Below, one piece after another: positions 52,490 to 61,526 of a stretch of 64,000 nt of DNA. The stretch is from NCBI GenBank assembly GCA_903907925.1, contig CAIVQB010000106.1, positions 24,990 through 88,989 of the forward strand, read 5' to 3'. The first letter of the stretch is position 1, and each line of letters opens with the position of its first letter. The notes below the pieces were generated by a model. The model had not been told where the DNA came from, made no database searches, and saw only the letters and a list, made by a program, of their open reading frames with translations. The DNA is from an uncultured Verrucomicrobiota bacterium. Lineage in GTDB: Bacteria > Verrucomicrobiota > Verrucomicrobiia > Limisphaerales > UBA9464. The position numbers and the translations under genes are program-made.

Positions 52490-53365
52490 TCAGGTTGGCG
52501 ATGCCACCGTGATCGGCCGGCTTGGCTGACACGCCGGACAAAAATAGGTGCTGCGGCCGGCCTGCACCGTCCGGCGAATCGGCGTGCCGCAAACGGGGCA
52601 GGGCAGTCCGGCCCGGTCATACACTTGGAAGCGGGATTCGTTCCCGGCCGACCCGCCTCCTTCACCATAGTAGAACTCCGTCGTCGTTCCGTCGCTGGCC
52701 CGCGATTTTCCGCGACGGAACGACGCGTGGATCGCTTCCCGCAGCGTCTGCCGAATGGCCTGGTGCAGTCGCTTGATTTCAGCCGGTTTCAGCAGGCCGG
52801 CCGGCCGATCGGGAGGGGTTCCCGCCCGAAACAAGGCTTCGCTGGCGTAGATATTCCCAAGACCGGCGATGCGTGATTGATCCATCAGGCAGACCTTCAC
52901 CGCGCTGCGGGATCCAGCCATGGCGTCGCCCAGGAGTGCCGGGGTGAAGTTTCGGGACAACGGTTCAGGTCCCAATTCTTTGAGGGCGGTGGGGTCGAGA
53001 CTGAACCGGCCGAAAATTCGAGGGTCGGAAAAATCGAATCGGCCAGAGTCCAGTTCCAGAGTGACGACAGAATGCTTGGGGCGCGGCGCGGATTCCCGAG
53101 CCACCTGCATCCGTCCTGTCATGCCCAGATGCGCCACGACGAGGAACCGCTCGTTCCCCGCGGGCCGGCGGAGGTGGAACACCAGATACTTGCCACGCCT
53201 CCGAACGCTTTCGAAACGCGCGCCGGTCAGTTGCTGGATCACCCCTGCAGGCGAATCCGGTCGCACGGTCCGGCTGCGGTGAATCTCGACCGATCGAATG
53301 GTCCGGCCGGGAAGCTGGCGGTTGAGGGTCCGGACGACCGACTCGACCTCGGGCAATTCAGGCAT
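52490..53365 (-). CDS. mutM: Formamidopyrimidine-DNA glycosylase (Fpg)
   Basis: MPELPEVE N-terminus. H2TH region. C-terminal zinc finger CPVCGTPIRRTVQAGRSTYFCPACQ. Confidence 0.9.
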   Translation of the reverse strand: MPELPEVESVVRTLNRQLPGRTIRSVEIHRSRTVRPDSPAGVIQQLTGARFESVRRRGKYLVFHLRRPAGNERFLVVAHLGMTGRMQVARESAPRPKHSVVTLELDSGRFDFSDPRIFGRFSLDPTALKELGPEPLSRNFTPALLGDAMAGSRSAVKVCLMDQSRIAGLGNIYASEALFRAGTPPDRPAGLLKPAEIKRLHQAIRQTLREAIHASFRRGKSRASDGTTTEFYYGEGGGSAGNESRFQVYDRAGLPCPVCGTPIRRTVQAGRSTYFCPACQPSRPITVASPT

Positions 53366-53401
53366 CGGAAACGGGGCAGGGCGGTCGCGTCCGACGGGCG
53401 A

Positions 53402-54223
53402 CTACTTCTTGGTGGTGGCGTGCCGCTGAAGCCAGGCGAGGTCGAGATCGCCGACGATGGTGGTGAACTGTTCCTTCACGCCCGGCTTGTAGGGCGGCGT
53501 GGTCCGCGGATCAATCCATCGGTGAATCTCCGCATGACCGTCGGCAAAGGTGAGTCCCCCGGCCCGGTTGTGAAATCCCCCGGGGAAATTCACCATCTCC
53601 GACCCCACCATGTTCACCGCGAAATAGCCGTCATCCAGGCTGTCTTCGCGCTCATCCAGATAGACGAGCGCATCGGAGGGCGAAGGCGTCACGATCTGCG
53701 AAACCTTGGCAAAGACGGTAAACCCGTCGTTCCAGGCCGGGGAATTGGGTCCCATCCAGCCGCTCATCGAGATACTGCGAACCCGCGGCCGCAACTGCCC
53801 CCCGTTTTTCACCCGCACCCGGTCCGCCGGGCATTTGTACGAACCCGCCGCCTGAACATAGCTGCCGAGCTGCGCGAACTTCGGATCCAGGATCATCTGC
53901 AGGTTGGTGTTGTCGGAATTGTTGTCCGCGAAATCCAGCCAGCCGGAGACCCAGTTCATCGGCCCCTTCACCGACCACAGATTTCCGGGGATGAAGTCGG
54001 AATAGTCGTGGGAATACATCAACCACGCGGTCTGGACCGTGCGGAGGTTGTTGAGGCAATAGATTCCCTGGGCCTTGGTCTTCGATTTCGACAGGGCCGG
54101 CAGGAGCATGCCGGCCAAAATGGCGATGATCGCGATGACGACGAGCAGCTCGATCAATGTGAATCCTCGCGCGTCGTGACCGGTACACGACGGCGTTCGG
54201 CGACGGGAAAAAGCGGGGTTCAT
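53402..54223 (-). CDS. Prepilin-type N-terminal cleavage/methylation domain protein with H-X9-DG motif
   Basis: Start [44 protein letters not shown] (ATG 54223). C-terminal HNRAGGLTFADGHAEIHRW. Confidence 0.85.
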   Translation of the reverse strand: MNPAFSRRRTPSCTGHDARGFTLIELLVVIAIIAILAGMLLPALSKSKTKAQGIYCLNNLRTVQTAWLMYSHDYSDFIPGNLWSVKGPMNWVSGWLDFADNNSDNTNLQMILDPKFAQLGSYVQAAGSYKCPADRVRVKNGGQLRPRVRSISMSGWMGPNSPAWNDGFTVFAKVSQIVTPSPSDALVYLDEREDSLDDGYFAVNMVGSEMVNFPGGFHNRAGGLTFADGHAEIHRWIDPRTTPPYKPGVKEQFTTIVGDLDLAWLQRHATTKK

Positions 54224-54341
54224 CGCCCGCAGCCTAGGCCGGGGTCGGGCCGACTCAAGTGAGAATTGAGAGCCAATCGCAACGACGGTTTGCTTCCGGC
54301 GGCCGGCTCGGCTACCTCTCCCCGCACTCTTAACCAGTCCT

Positions 54342-55928
54342 ATGGCCGCACCTGCCGCTGATACCCGCATTCCTGTCACTGTCCTCACCGGATTTCTCGG
54401 TGCGGGCAAGACCACCCTGCTCAATCACATCCTCACCCGCCAGCACGGCAAACGCATCGCCGTCATCGAAAATGAGTTCGGTGAAATCGGCATCGACAAC
54501 GCCCTGGTGATCGGTGCCGACGAGGAGATCTTCGAGATGAACAATGGATGCATCTGCTGCACCGTTCGCGGCGATCTCATCCGCATCCTCGGCCAGTTGC
54601 TCAAGCGCCGTGACCGGTTTGACTACATCCTCGTGGAAACAACCGGCCTCGCCGATCCGGGGCCGGTGGCGCAGACCTTTTTCAGCGACGAGGAGATCAA
54701 GGAGAGCTTCCGGCTGGATGGTATCGTGACCGTGGTCGATGCCCGGCACATTCTCCTTCATCTCGACGACGCACCGGAAGCGAAGGGGCAGATTGCATTT
54801 GCCGATCGCATCCTCCTGAACAAAACCGACCTCGTCACACCGGTGGAGCTCGAGGAGCTCGAGGAACAGATCCGGGGCATCAACGCCGTGGCACAAATCT
54901 TCCGGACCACCCAAGCGGACCTGGACGCCGACAAGGTCCTTCACCTGCACGCCTTCGATCTGGACCAAAAGATGTCATTGGAAGGTGATTTCCTGGAGCG
55001 CGAACTGCCCTTCGAATGGAGCGGTACCTACGATCTGGATGCGGGCGAATACCTGCTCCGGCTGGAGGGCGGACCCGATCCGGCGATGGGAGCCGTGTTG
55101 ACCCAGCTCGACGTTCACGAAGCGGGTCATGAGGAATGTCACGCCGCCGATCACGACCACGGGCATTCGCACGGCCATGACGAAGGTAAGGGCCACACGC
55201 ACGAGCCCGCGCATGGGGAAGCCCACGACCATGAGCACGGTCCCGATTGCGGGCATGATCACAAGGACGGCCACGATCACGACCATGACTGTGGACATGA
55301 CCATGCCCACGATCATGATCATGAAGAGTGTTCGGGCGGCCTGCATGACGCGTTGCATCAAGCGGAAGACGGGGCGATCACGCTCTTCAGTTTTCCCGCG
55401 TCGACGGTTCGCGCTGGTGGAGAGCTCAAGCCTGGAAAGAAGTTCTACAAGTTGATGATCGGTGAGGATGGCGCCTCGTTCCGGGTCACCATTCCGGCGC
55501 ATGGGAATTACGCTCTGTTCACCCAGCACGGGCTTCAGGAATTCTCCGGCCGGCTGGAAAAAGCCGGGGAAACCATCGAACCGTCCCACGTACACGATCA
55601 CGCGGGACACGCCCACGAGCATCGCCATGACGAATCCGTCACCAGCGTCGGGATCGAGGAAAAGCGCGAGGTCGATGCCAAGAAGTTGAACAACTGGCTG
55701 GGCGAGCTGTTGCAAAACAAGGGTGCCGACATCTTCCGGATGAAGGGCATTCTCAACATCCGCGGGACGCCCAATCGCTTCGTGTTCCAGGGAGTTCACA
55801 TGACCTTCGAGGGCAAATCCGACCGGCTTTGGAAGGATGAGACGGAACGGAAGAGCCAGCTCGTGTTCATCGGCCGCAACCTGGACCGCGAAGCTTTGAA
55901 CGCGGGGTTCCGACGCTGTCTGGCCTGA
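54342..55928 (+). CDS. COG0523/CobW-family GTPase metallochaperone with a ~230-aa His-rich insertion
   Basis: 528 aa. P-loop [14 protein letters not shown] (CxCC) metal motif, [12 protein letters not shown]. CobW_C domain at the C-terminus (NWLGELL...FRMKGIL...VFQGVH). His/Asp-rich tracts at aa 259-330 and 415-430. Confidence 0.85.
   Translation: MAAPAADTRIPVTVLTGFLGAGKTTLLNHILTRQHGKRIAVIENEFGEIGIDNALVIGADEEIFEMNNGCICCTVRGDLIRILGQLLKRRDRFDYILVETTGLADPGPVAQTFFSDEEIKESFRLDGIVTVVDARHILLHLDDAPEAKGQIAFADRILLNKTDLVTPVELEELEEQIRGINAVAQIFRTTQADLDADKVLHLHAFDLDQKMSLEGDFLERELPFEWSGTYDLDAGEYLLRLEGGPDPAMGAVLTQLDVHEAGHEECHAADHDHGHSHGHDEGKGHTHEPAHGEAHDHEHGPDCGHDHKDGHDHDHDCGHDHAHDHDHEECSGGLHDALHQAEDGAITLFSFPASTVRAGGELKPGKKFYKLMIGEDGASFRVTIPAHGNYALFTQHGLQEFSGRLEKAGETIEPSHVHDHAGHAHEHRHDESVTSVGIEEKREVDAKKLNNWLGELLQNKGADIFRMKGILNIRGTPNRFVFQGVHMTFEGKSDRLWKDETERKSQLVFIGRNLDREALNAGFRRCLA
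55116..55331 (+). other. His/Asp/Cys-rich low-complexity coding tract (24 His and 4 Cys in 72 aa)
   Basis: [72 protein letters not shown], counted directly from the translation. Confidence 0.9.
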
Positions 55929-56003
55929 CCAAAACAGGACGGGTTCGCGGTTCAATGCCGCAACCCGATCCGGCCCGTTGACCGCATCTGTTCCCATTTC
56001 TCG

Positions 56004-57029
56004 ATGAATTCATCTGTCCCCGTGCGATCCGTCGACTGGTCTGCATCCCTCGGTGAACCGGTCGCGCAGGTGTCGTGGTCACCCGATGGAACGATCATTG
56101 CCGCCGGGTTGATGGACGGTCGCGTCGCGCTCCTGGGTGCGGCTGCGGGTGCCGTGCAGAAATCCTGGGCCGCTCATCAGGACGGCTTGTTTCGGTCCGC
56201 GTTTTCGCCGGGTGCCGACCGCCTTGCCACCGCGGGTCAGGACGGCAAGATCCGGATCTGGGGCGTCGACGGCGTGGTGATCCAGGAAATCGACGGCGGA
56301 ACGGCCTGGGCTGAACAATTGGTGTGGTCGCCCTCGGGGAATCGACTGGCGGCAGCGGCGGGCCGGCGGCTCTTCCTGTGGGATGCGGCATCGGGCGAAG
56401 TTCGGGAGACACCGGTGCATCGTAGCACGGTGGCGGGATTGTCATGGCGGGCCGATGGTCAGGTCGTCGCCGCGGCTTGTTATGCCGGGGTGGAATTGTG
56501 GAACGCCGCGGATGGATCGCCGCACGGCGCGCTCCCGTGGAAGACTTCGCTCATCTCGCTGGCCTGGTCACCGGATGGACGCTGGATGGTGGCGGGCACC
56601 CAGGAACAGAGCGTTCAGATTTGGGAATTGCCCTACCGCGCGGGTGAGGAACTCGCAATGTCGGGGTATCCGGCCAAGGTGCGTGAACTCGCCTGGCATT
56701 CCAACGGACGATATCTCGCCACCGGTGGCGGGGATGAAGTGATGGTGTGGGATTGCGGCGGCCGCGGGCCTGCGGGAACGACGCCCCGGATCCTCGAAGG
56801 CCACGCCGGCCGGATCAACGCCCTCGATTATCAACGCACCGGACATCTCCTGGCGAGCGGGGGACAGGATGCCCAAGTCCGATTGTGGAACGCCGGCAAA
56901 TCATCTCAAGCCCTGCGCCGGTTCGATCTGCCCTCACCGGTCACCGACGTGAAATGGTCCCCGACCGGAGACCGCGTGGCGATCGGAACGAAGGACGGCT
57001 CGGTGGCGGTGGGTCCTGCGCCGGGGTGA
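56004..57029 (+). CDS. WD40-repeat (7-bladed beta-propeller) protein
   Basis: 341 aa. Repeated SPDG.../LATAGQDGKIRIWG/LASGGQDAQVRLWN WD-like blades. Confidence 0.8.
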   Translation: MNSSVPVRSVDWSASLGEPVAQVSWSPDGTIIAAGLMDGRVALLGAAAGAVQKSWAAHQDGLFRSAFSPGADRLATAGQDGKIRIWGVDGVVIQEIDGGTAWAEQLVWSPSGNRLAAAAGRRLFLWDAASGEVRETPVHRSTVAGLSWRADGQVVAAACYAGVELWNAADGSPHGALPWKTSLISLAWSPDGRWMVAGTQEQSVQIWELPYRAGEELAMSGYPAKVRELAWHSNGRYLATGGGDEVMVWDCGGRGPAGTTPRILEGHAGRINALDYQRTGHLLASGGQDAQVRLWNAGKSSQALRRFDLPSPVTDVKWSPTGDRVAIGTKDGSVAVGPAPG

Positions 57030-57443
57030 ACCGTCTTGTAGTGTCGGACTTCGGAGGCGGAATGGACGACACGAATTATCCGAAGTAGAAGGCATCGGGG
57101 CTTGAACGTTTGACATTTGAAGCGTGGAGCCGCGGAATCGCCCAATGGCAAGGGCGCAGAGGGTTCGTGCGAACCTATGGAGTCGGCTACCCGCCGCGCG
57201 TGGAGATCCGGGACGAGACGGAATCCCGCTCATTGCAATTCATTGCGCACAATTTCGCCTTGCAGAGATTGTAAGAGAGATGCCTGGAGTATGCTCCAGT
57301 GCCGTTGCCCAGCCGATCCGACGGTTTGGTAGGGCTGCCGCAAGCGACCCCAAGCGTTTTCAATTCGTCGAACGTTGTCGCCTCCCAATGGATCAGATGG
57401 CAAATGTTTAGCCCCCTTCACACGTTACGAAGAGAGATTGTTT

Positions 57444-58670
57444 ATGCCACAGCTTGAAGGAATCAGCATCCAGAACTACCGCGCCTTGAAGGAGGTTCGA
57501 ATGGGGAGAACCAAGGACACACGTGATCACACCCCACTGCCGAAAATGGCGGCTCTTGTGGGGCCGAACGGGGCCGGCAAATCCTCGTTTCTCGATGCGC
57601 TCGGCTTTTTAGGTGACTGTCTGATCGGGAACGTCGAGGAGGCGTGTGATCGCGAGCACCGCGGCGGGTTCGAGCGGATGCGAACGAGCGGTGCCAGCGG
57701 ACCGTTGGTGTTTGATTTGTATTATCGCGAGAGTTCGCAGGAGAGACCTATCAGTTACGAACTTCACATTGATTTGGACGCGCAGCGGCGCCCTTCAGTG
57801 GCGTACGAACGATTGAGGCAGAGAAACGAAAACCAAACTTGGGGGGCACCGCTTTCGTATCTCGAGCTTAGTCACGGGAAGGGATTCGCGTGGACAGGTG
57901 AAAAAGACAAAAAGACCAACAAAAACATCAAGGAGCGCGTTGAACTGGACGATGCGCGCAAGCTCGGGATCGTCAGCCTCGGCAATCTGTCGCAGCATCC
58001 GAACATCGTACGTTTTCGCAGGTTTCTTGAGGGTTGGTATCTCTCCTACTTCGAACCATCCAAGGCTCGCGCATTGCCTATGGCTGGTGCGCAGAAGCAT
58101 CTAAACCGGACTGGCGAAAATCTAGCTAACTATTTGCAATTCATGGAGCGCCAGCTTGGGAGTGTTGAATTCAACAAGCTGCTGGGAAAAGTGGCGAAAG
58201 GGATTCCAGGGATAGAAAAAATCCACTCGAAGCCATCGGACGACAAGCGACTGCTCATCCAGTTCAACGAACGCGGTTACAAGGATGCGTTCTATCAGGC
58301 GGATATGTCCGACGGCACGCTGAAGTTCCTTGCATACTTGTTGCTGCTCGAAGATCCGGAGCCAGCCCCTCTGATTGGAATCGAGGAGCCTGAGAATGGG
58401 CTGCACCATAAGCTGCTCGGACCGCTCGCGCAGACGATGAGGACCTACGCGCAGGGCACCGGTCCTCAGGTTTTCGTGACCACCCATTCGCCCTATTTCG
58501 TGGATGCACTGACACCACCCGAGGTGTGGACGATCGACAAAGCGGCGAATGGATTTAGCGAGATTCGCTGCGCGGCGGATGAAGATGTGGTTCGTGCAAT
58601 GTTCGACGAGGGCTTGCCTCTCGGTGGATTGTGGTTCAGCGGTCACTTTGGACACGGGAACCCAGCATGA
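57444..58670 (+). CDS. ABC/SMC-like AAA ATPase (AAA_15/AAA_21, OLD/AriA/PtuA-type N-terminal ATPase)
   Basis: Start MPQLEGISIQNYRALKEV (ATG 57444). Walker A GPNGAGKSS, signature-like MSDGTLKFLAYLLLL, Walker B/D-loop PLIGIEEPENGLH, H-loop TTHSPYF. Confidence 0.8.
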   Translation: MPQLEGISIQNYRALKEVRMGRTKDTRDHTPLPKMAALVGPNGAGKSSFLDALGFLGDCLIGNVEEACDREHRGGFERMRTSGASGPLVFDLYYRESSQERPISYELHIDLDAQRRPSVAYERLRQRNENQTWGAPLSYLELSHGKGFAWTGEKDKKTNKNIKERVELDDARKLGIVSLGNLSQHPNIVRFRRFLEGWYLSYFEPSKARALPMAGAQKHLNRTGENLANYLQFMERQLGSVEFNKLLGKVAKGIPGIEKIHSKPSDDKRLLIQFNERGYKDAFYQADMSDGTLKFLAYLLLLEDPEPAPLIGIEEPENGLHHKLLGPLAQTMRTYAQGTGPQVFVTTHSPYFVDALTPPEVWTIDKAANGFSEIRCAADEDVVRAMFDEGLPLGGLWFSGHFGHGNPA

Positions 58671-59290
58671 TTTTCCACGTTCTAGTCGAAGGCACTTCGG
58701 ACAAACCCACGGTGACGGAAATCCTCACTCGCCAGTTTGGGCTTATCCAAGGTTCGCAGTTTCAAATCCACCCACATGGTGGAAAAGGGAAACTGCCTGC
58801 CAACCCGGCGGCCAAGCCTTCTCCGACCGACAGGACGTTATTTGGGCAGTTGCCTGCCACGCTCCGTGCCTACGCGGTGAAAGGGAGGAATGTTTGCGTT
58901 GTCGTCTTGGTGGATCAGGACGATGACGACTGTACCCAATTACTGGCGGATCTGCACGCGATGCTGGCGGCTTTGAAGACGCGTCCGGCGAATGTACTTT
59001 TCCGAATTGCAATGGAGGAGATCGAAGCGTGGTTCCTCGCAGATCGCGCTGCGGTTCTCGCCGCTTATGGGCAAGCGAACTTCACCGGTGTTCCGACAAA
59101 GGGCACGGACTTGGTTGATGATCCTTCGGATGTTCTCGCCGACTGTCTTGGCGTGGTGCGTCCTTGCCCAGGGCAGATGAAAGCGGAATGGGCGGAGAAA
59201 ATCGCGCCTCATCTGGATTTAAAGAAACCGAAGTCACCGAGCCTCGCGAGATTCATCGATGGAATAGGTCGTTACTGGAAGATGGCGTAG
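58667..59290 (+). CDS. DUF4276-like (Toprim-like) protein, partner of the upstream ATPase
   Basis: Start MIFHVLVEGTSDKPTV at ATG 58667, overlapping the ATPase stop (ATGA). Acidic cluster VVLVDQDDDD. EEIEAWFLAD motif. 207 aa. Confidence 0.65.
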   Translation: MIFHVLVEGTSDKPTVTEILTRQFGLIQGSQFQIHPHGGKGKLPANPAAKPSPTDRTLFGQLPATLRAYAVKGRNVCVVVLVDQDDDDCTQLLADLHAMLAALKTRPANVLFRIAMEEIEAWFLADRAAVLAAYGQANFTGVPTKGTDLVDDPSDVLADCLGVVRPCPGQMKAEWAEKIAPHLDLKKPKSPSLARFIDGIGRYWKMA

Positions 59291-59473
59291 CTGAGGAACG
59301 AAATTGAATCGCGGCGGCGGTGTGAATGGGATGGTTGGGGCGGAGTCGGGGTCTCGAATGAACTGAATCCGATCCGCTCTCTAGAAATTCCGGGCGAATC
59401 TCGCGGTGAGCTGGGTGGACGTGGCTCCTGGAACCGCGTGAATGCGGAACTCCAGTCGACTTCCGACGCCGAC

Positions 59474-60514
59474 CTACTTTGCCGCCGCTGGCGCGGTTGC
59501 GGGCTTGGGTGGTCTCACTTCGTTGACCCAGTCCTGGTGGGAGAGATACCAGGCGACCGTTTCGCGGATGCCGGTTTCGAAGGTGTGGGCTGGCACCCAG
59601 CCGAGTTCGCGCTGGATCTTGGACGCGTCAATCGCGTACCGCCGGTCGTGTCCGGGCCGGTCCTTGACGAAATGGATCAGGCTGCGCGAGCCACCCCCGA
59701 GCTGGGGAGCGAGTTCATCGACCAGATCGCAGATGTGTTCCACGATGCGGAGATTGGCCCATTCGTTGTGGCCGCCCACGTTGTAGGTTTCACCGAGGTG
59801 TCCGCGCTGCAGGACCTGCCAGAGGGCTTCGCAATGGTCGCCGACATAGAGCCAGTCGCGCACGTTGAGACCGTCGCCGTACACTGGAACCGGCCGGCGG
59901 GCGATGAGGCTTTGGATCACCACCGGGATGAGCTTTTCCGGAAACTGGTAGGGCCCGTAATTGTTGGAACAATTGGTCACCACGGTGGGCAGGCCGTAGG
60001 TGTGATGATAGGCGCGAACGAGCAGATCGCTGGACGCCTTGCTGGCCGAGTAGGGTGAGTTGGGGGCGTACGGAGTGGTCTCGGTGAACAAGCCCTCCGC
60101 GCCGAGCGAACCGTAGACTTCATCCGTCGAGACATGATGAAAACGGTGTTCGCCGGGATTTTGATTCCAGGCATCACGGCAGGCTTCGAGCAGGTTGAAC
60201 GTTCCAACGATGTTCGTGGAAATGAAGTCACCGGGTCCGCTGATAGAACGATCGACGTGCGATTCCGCGGCCAGGTGGAGGACGTGGGTGATGTGATGCT
60301 GCCGAACAACGCGGACCACCTCCGGCTTGTCACGCAGATCGACCTTTTCGAACGTGTGGACTGGGTGTTGTTCAACTCCACGCAGGTTGGCGAGGTGCCC
60401 GGCGTAGGTGAGGCAGTCGAGGGTGACGAGATGTTGGATCCCCGGCCGATCCACGAGGAGACGGACGAGATTCGAACCGATGAAACCGGCGCCGCCGGTG
60501 ACCAGCAGATTCAT
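59474..60514 (-). CDS. rfbB: dTDP-glucose 4,6-dehydratase
   Basis: Start [17 protein letters not shown] (ATG 60514). [18 protein letters not shown] and YSASKASSD motifs. Confidence 0.9.
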   Translation of the reverse strand: MNLLVTGGAGFIGSNLVRLLVDRPGIQHLVTLDCLTYAGHLANLRGVEQHPVHTFEKVDLRDKPEVVRVVRQHHITHVLHLAAESHVDRSISGPGDFISTNIVGTFNLLEACRDAWNQNPGEHRFHHVSTDEVYGSLGAEGLFTETTPYAPNSPYSASKASSDLLVRAYHHTYGLPTVVTNCSNNYGPYQFPEKLIPVVIQSLIARRPVPVYGDGLNVRDWLYVGDHCEALWQVLQRGHLGETYNVGGHNEWANLRIVEHICDLVDELAPQLGGGSRSLIHFVKDRPGHDRRYAIDASKIQRELGWVPAHTFETGIRETVAWYLSHQDWVNEVRPPKPATAPAAAK

Positions 60515-60563
60515 GGAATGGATGAGAGCAGCGCGGTGGGAGGGACTGAGGAGCGGAACGACA

Positions 60564-61526
60564 TCACGATTTTTCCGGCCGCCAATGCTGGAGCGCATCG
60601 TCCAGAGCTTCGTCGACAGGCCGGATTTTGACTCCGGCGGCGAGGAGTTTGGAGGCGTCGAGGATGCAGTTCGAGCGGGGTGTCTTGGCGGCGGTGGCGT
60701 AGAATTCGGTGTCGTTCCGCCAGAACTCGAACGAACGGCCCGGACTCAACCGGGCCTGGATGCGTTCCACGACCTGGCGGGTGGTGATCCTGCCGGGATT
60801 GACGATGTTGTAGGTCCCGAACGGCGCGCGCTGGTTCCACAGGTCCAAGGCGGCCCGGACAAAATCCCCGCGATGGGAGATCGAGTTGACGTTGTCGTAG
60901 ACCCGGGGATAACGCTGCACCTTGCTGAGGTAGTTGCGACTGTTGTCCAGTTCATCGAAGGGAATGCGCAGGCGCCAGACGTAGTGGCTGCCGATGCCGG
61001 CGATCGCCTCTTCACCGAGGGCCTTGCTGCCGCTGTAGAAACTGCACGGGCCGTTCCGGAACGAAAAATTGGGTTCATCCGTTTCGGTGAACCCCTCGAA
61101 TCGTTCCGGAGCCGATTCGACCTGCTCACGGATGGCGGGTTCCATCAGATCGCGTTCGACGCGATGGCTGCCGTCGGGCTGCCGCATCTTCGCCCCGGAG
61201 AAGATGCATCCCGAGGAAATGTGGCCCCACGGAGTCCCGGTTTCGGCGCAGGCGTGGGCGATGGTCAGGGGCAGGGTGACGTTGCCGAGCAGGGTGTCGG
61301 CGCGCGCCAGTTCGCAGGCGTCCACATTCGGTTTGCCCGTGTAGCCGGCGCAGTTCACCAGCAGGTCGAAGCGTTCGCCGCGAAGAAGGTCCAACAAGAC
61401 CGGGAACCGTGTGTAATCCGCATCGCTTCTGCGGAGTACGCGGCACGGCCACTCGCGGCGGCGAAACTCATCGAGAAAGGCGGAGCCGATGTAGCCCGCG
61501 CCTCCGAGGATCAGGATGCGGGGCAT
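60564..61526 (-). CDS. NAD-dependent sugar-nucleotide epimerase/reductase resembling the bifunctional 4-keto-6-deoxyglucose 3,5-epimerase/4-reductase (NRS/ER-type) rather than classical RmlD
   Basis: Start [17 protein letters not shown] (ATG 61526, 1-nt overlap with the rfbA stop). [31 protein letters not shown] (YxxxK), [21 protein letters not shown] and [13 protein letters not shown] line up with my recollection of the plant NRS/ER sequence. Confidence 0.6.
   Translation of the reverse strand: MPRILILGGAGYIGSAFLDEFRRREWPCRVLRRSDADYTRFPVLLDLLRGERFDLLVNCAGYTGKPNVDACELARADTLLGNVTLPLTIAHACAETGTPWGHISSGCIFSGAKMRQPDGSHRVERDLMEPAIREQVESAPERFEGFTETDEPNFSFRNGPCSFYSGSKALGEEAIAGIGSHYVWRLRIPFDELDNSRNYLSKVQRYPRVYDNVNSISHRGDFVRAALDLWNQRAPFGTYNIVNPGRITTRQVVERIQARLSPGRSFEFWRNDTEFYATAAKTPRSNCILDASKLLAAGVKIRPVDEALDDALQHWRPEKS

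Noticed and set aside
54224-54341. Looked for a Zur-type AT-rich palindromic operator in the divergent spacer upstream of the COG0523 gene.
   Set aside because: Only a weak partial dyad (GAGAATTG...CAATCGC) is present. It is not convincing without a lineage-specific Zur motif model.
55116-55331. Short-period DNA repetition (CAC/CAT/GAC units) that superficially resembles a tandem or CRISPR-like repeat.
   Set aside because: It is in frame within the COG0523 gene and simply encodes the His/Asp-rich tract. There is no repeat-spacer organisation.
57030-59473. Searched the flanks of the ATPase/DUF4276 islet for an integrase, transposase, tRNA target or terminal direct/inverted repeats in order to call a mobile element.
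   Set aside because: None found by eye. The region is reported only as an islet with atypical spacing and composition, not as a mobile element.
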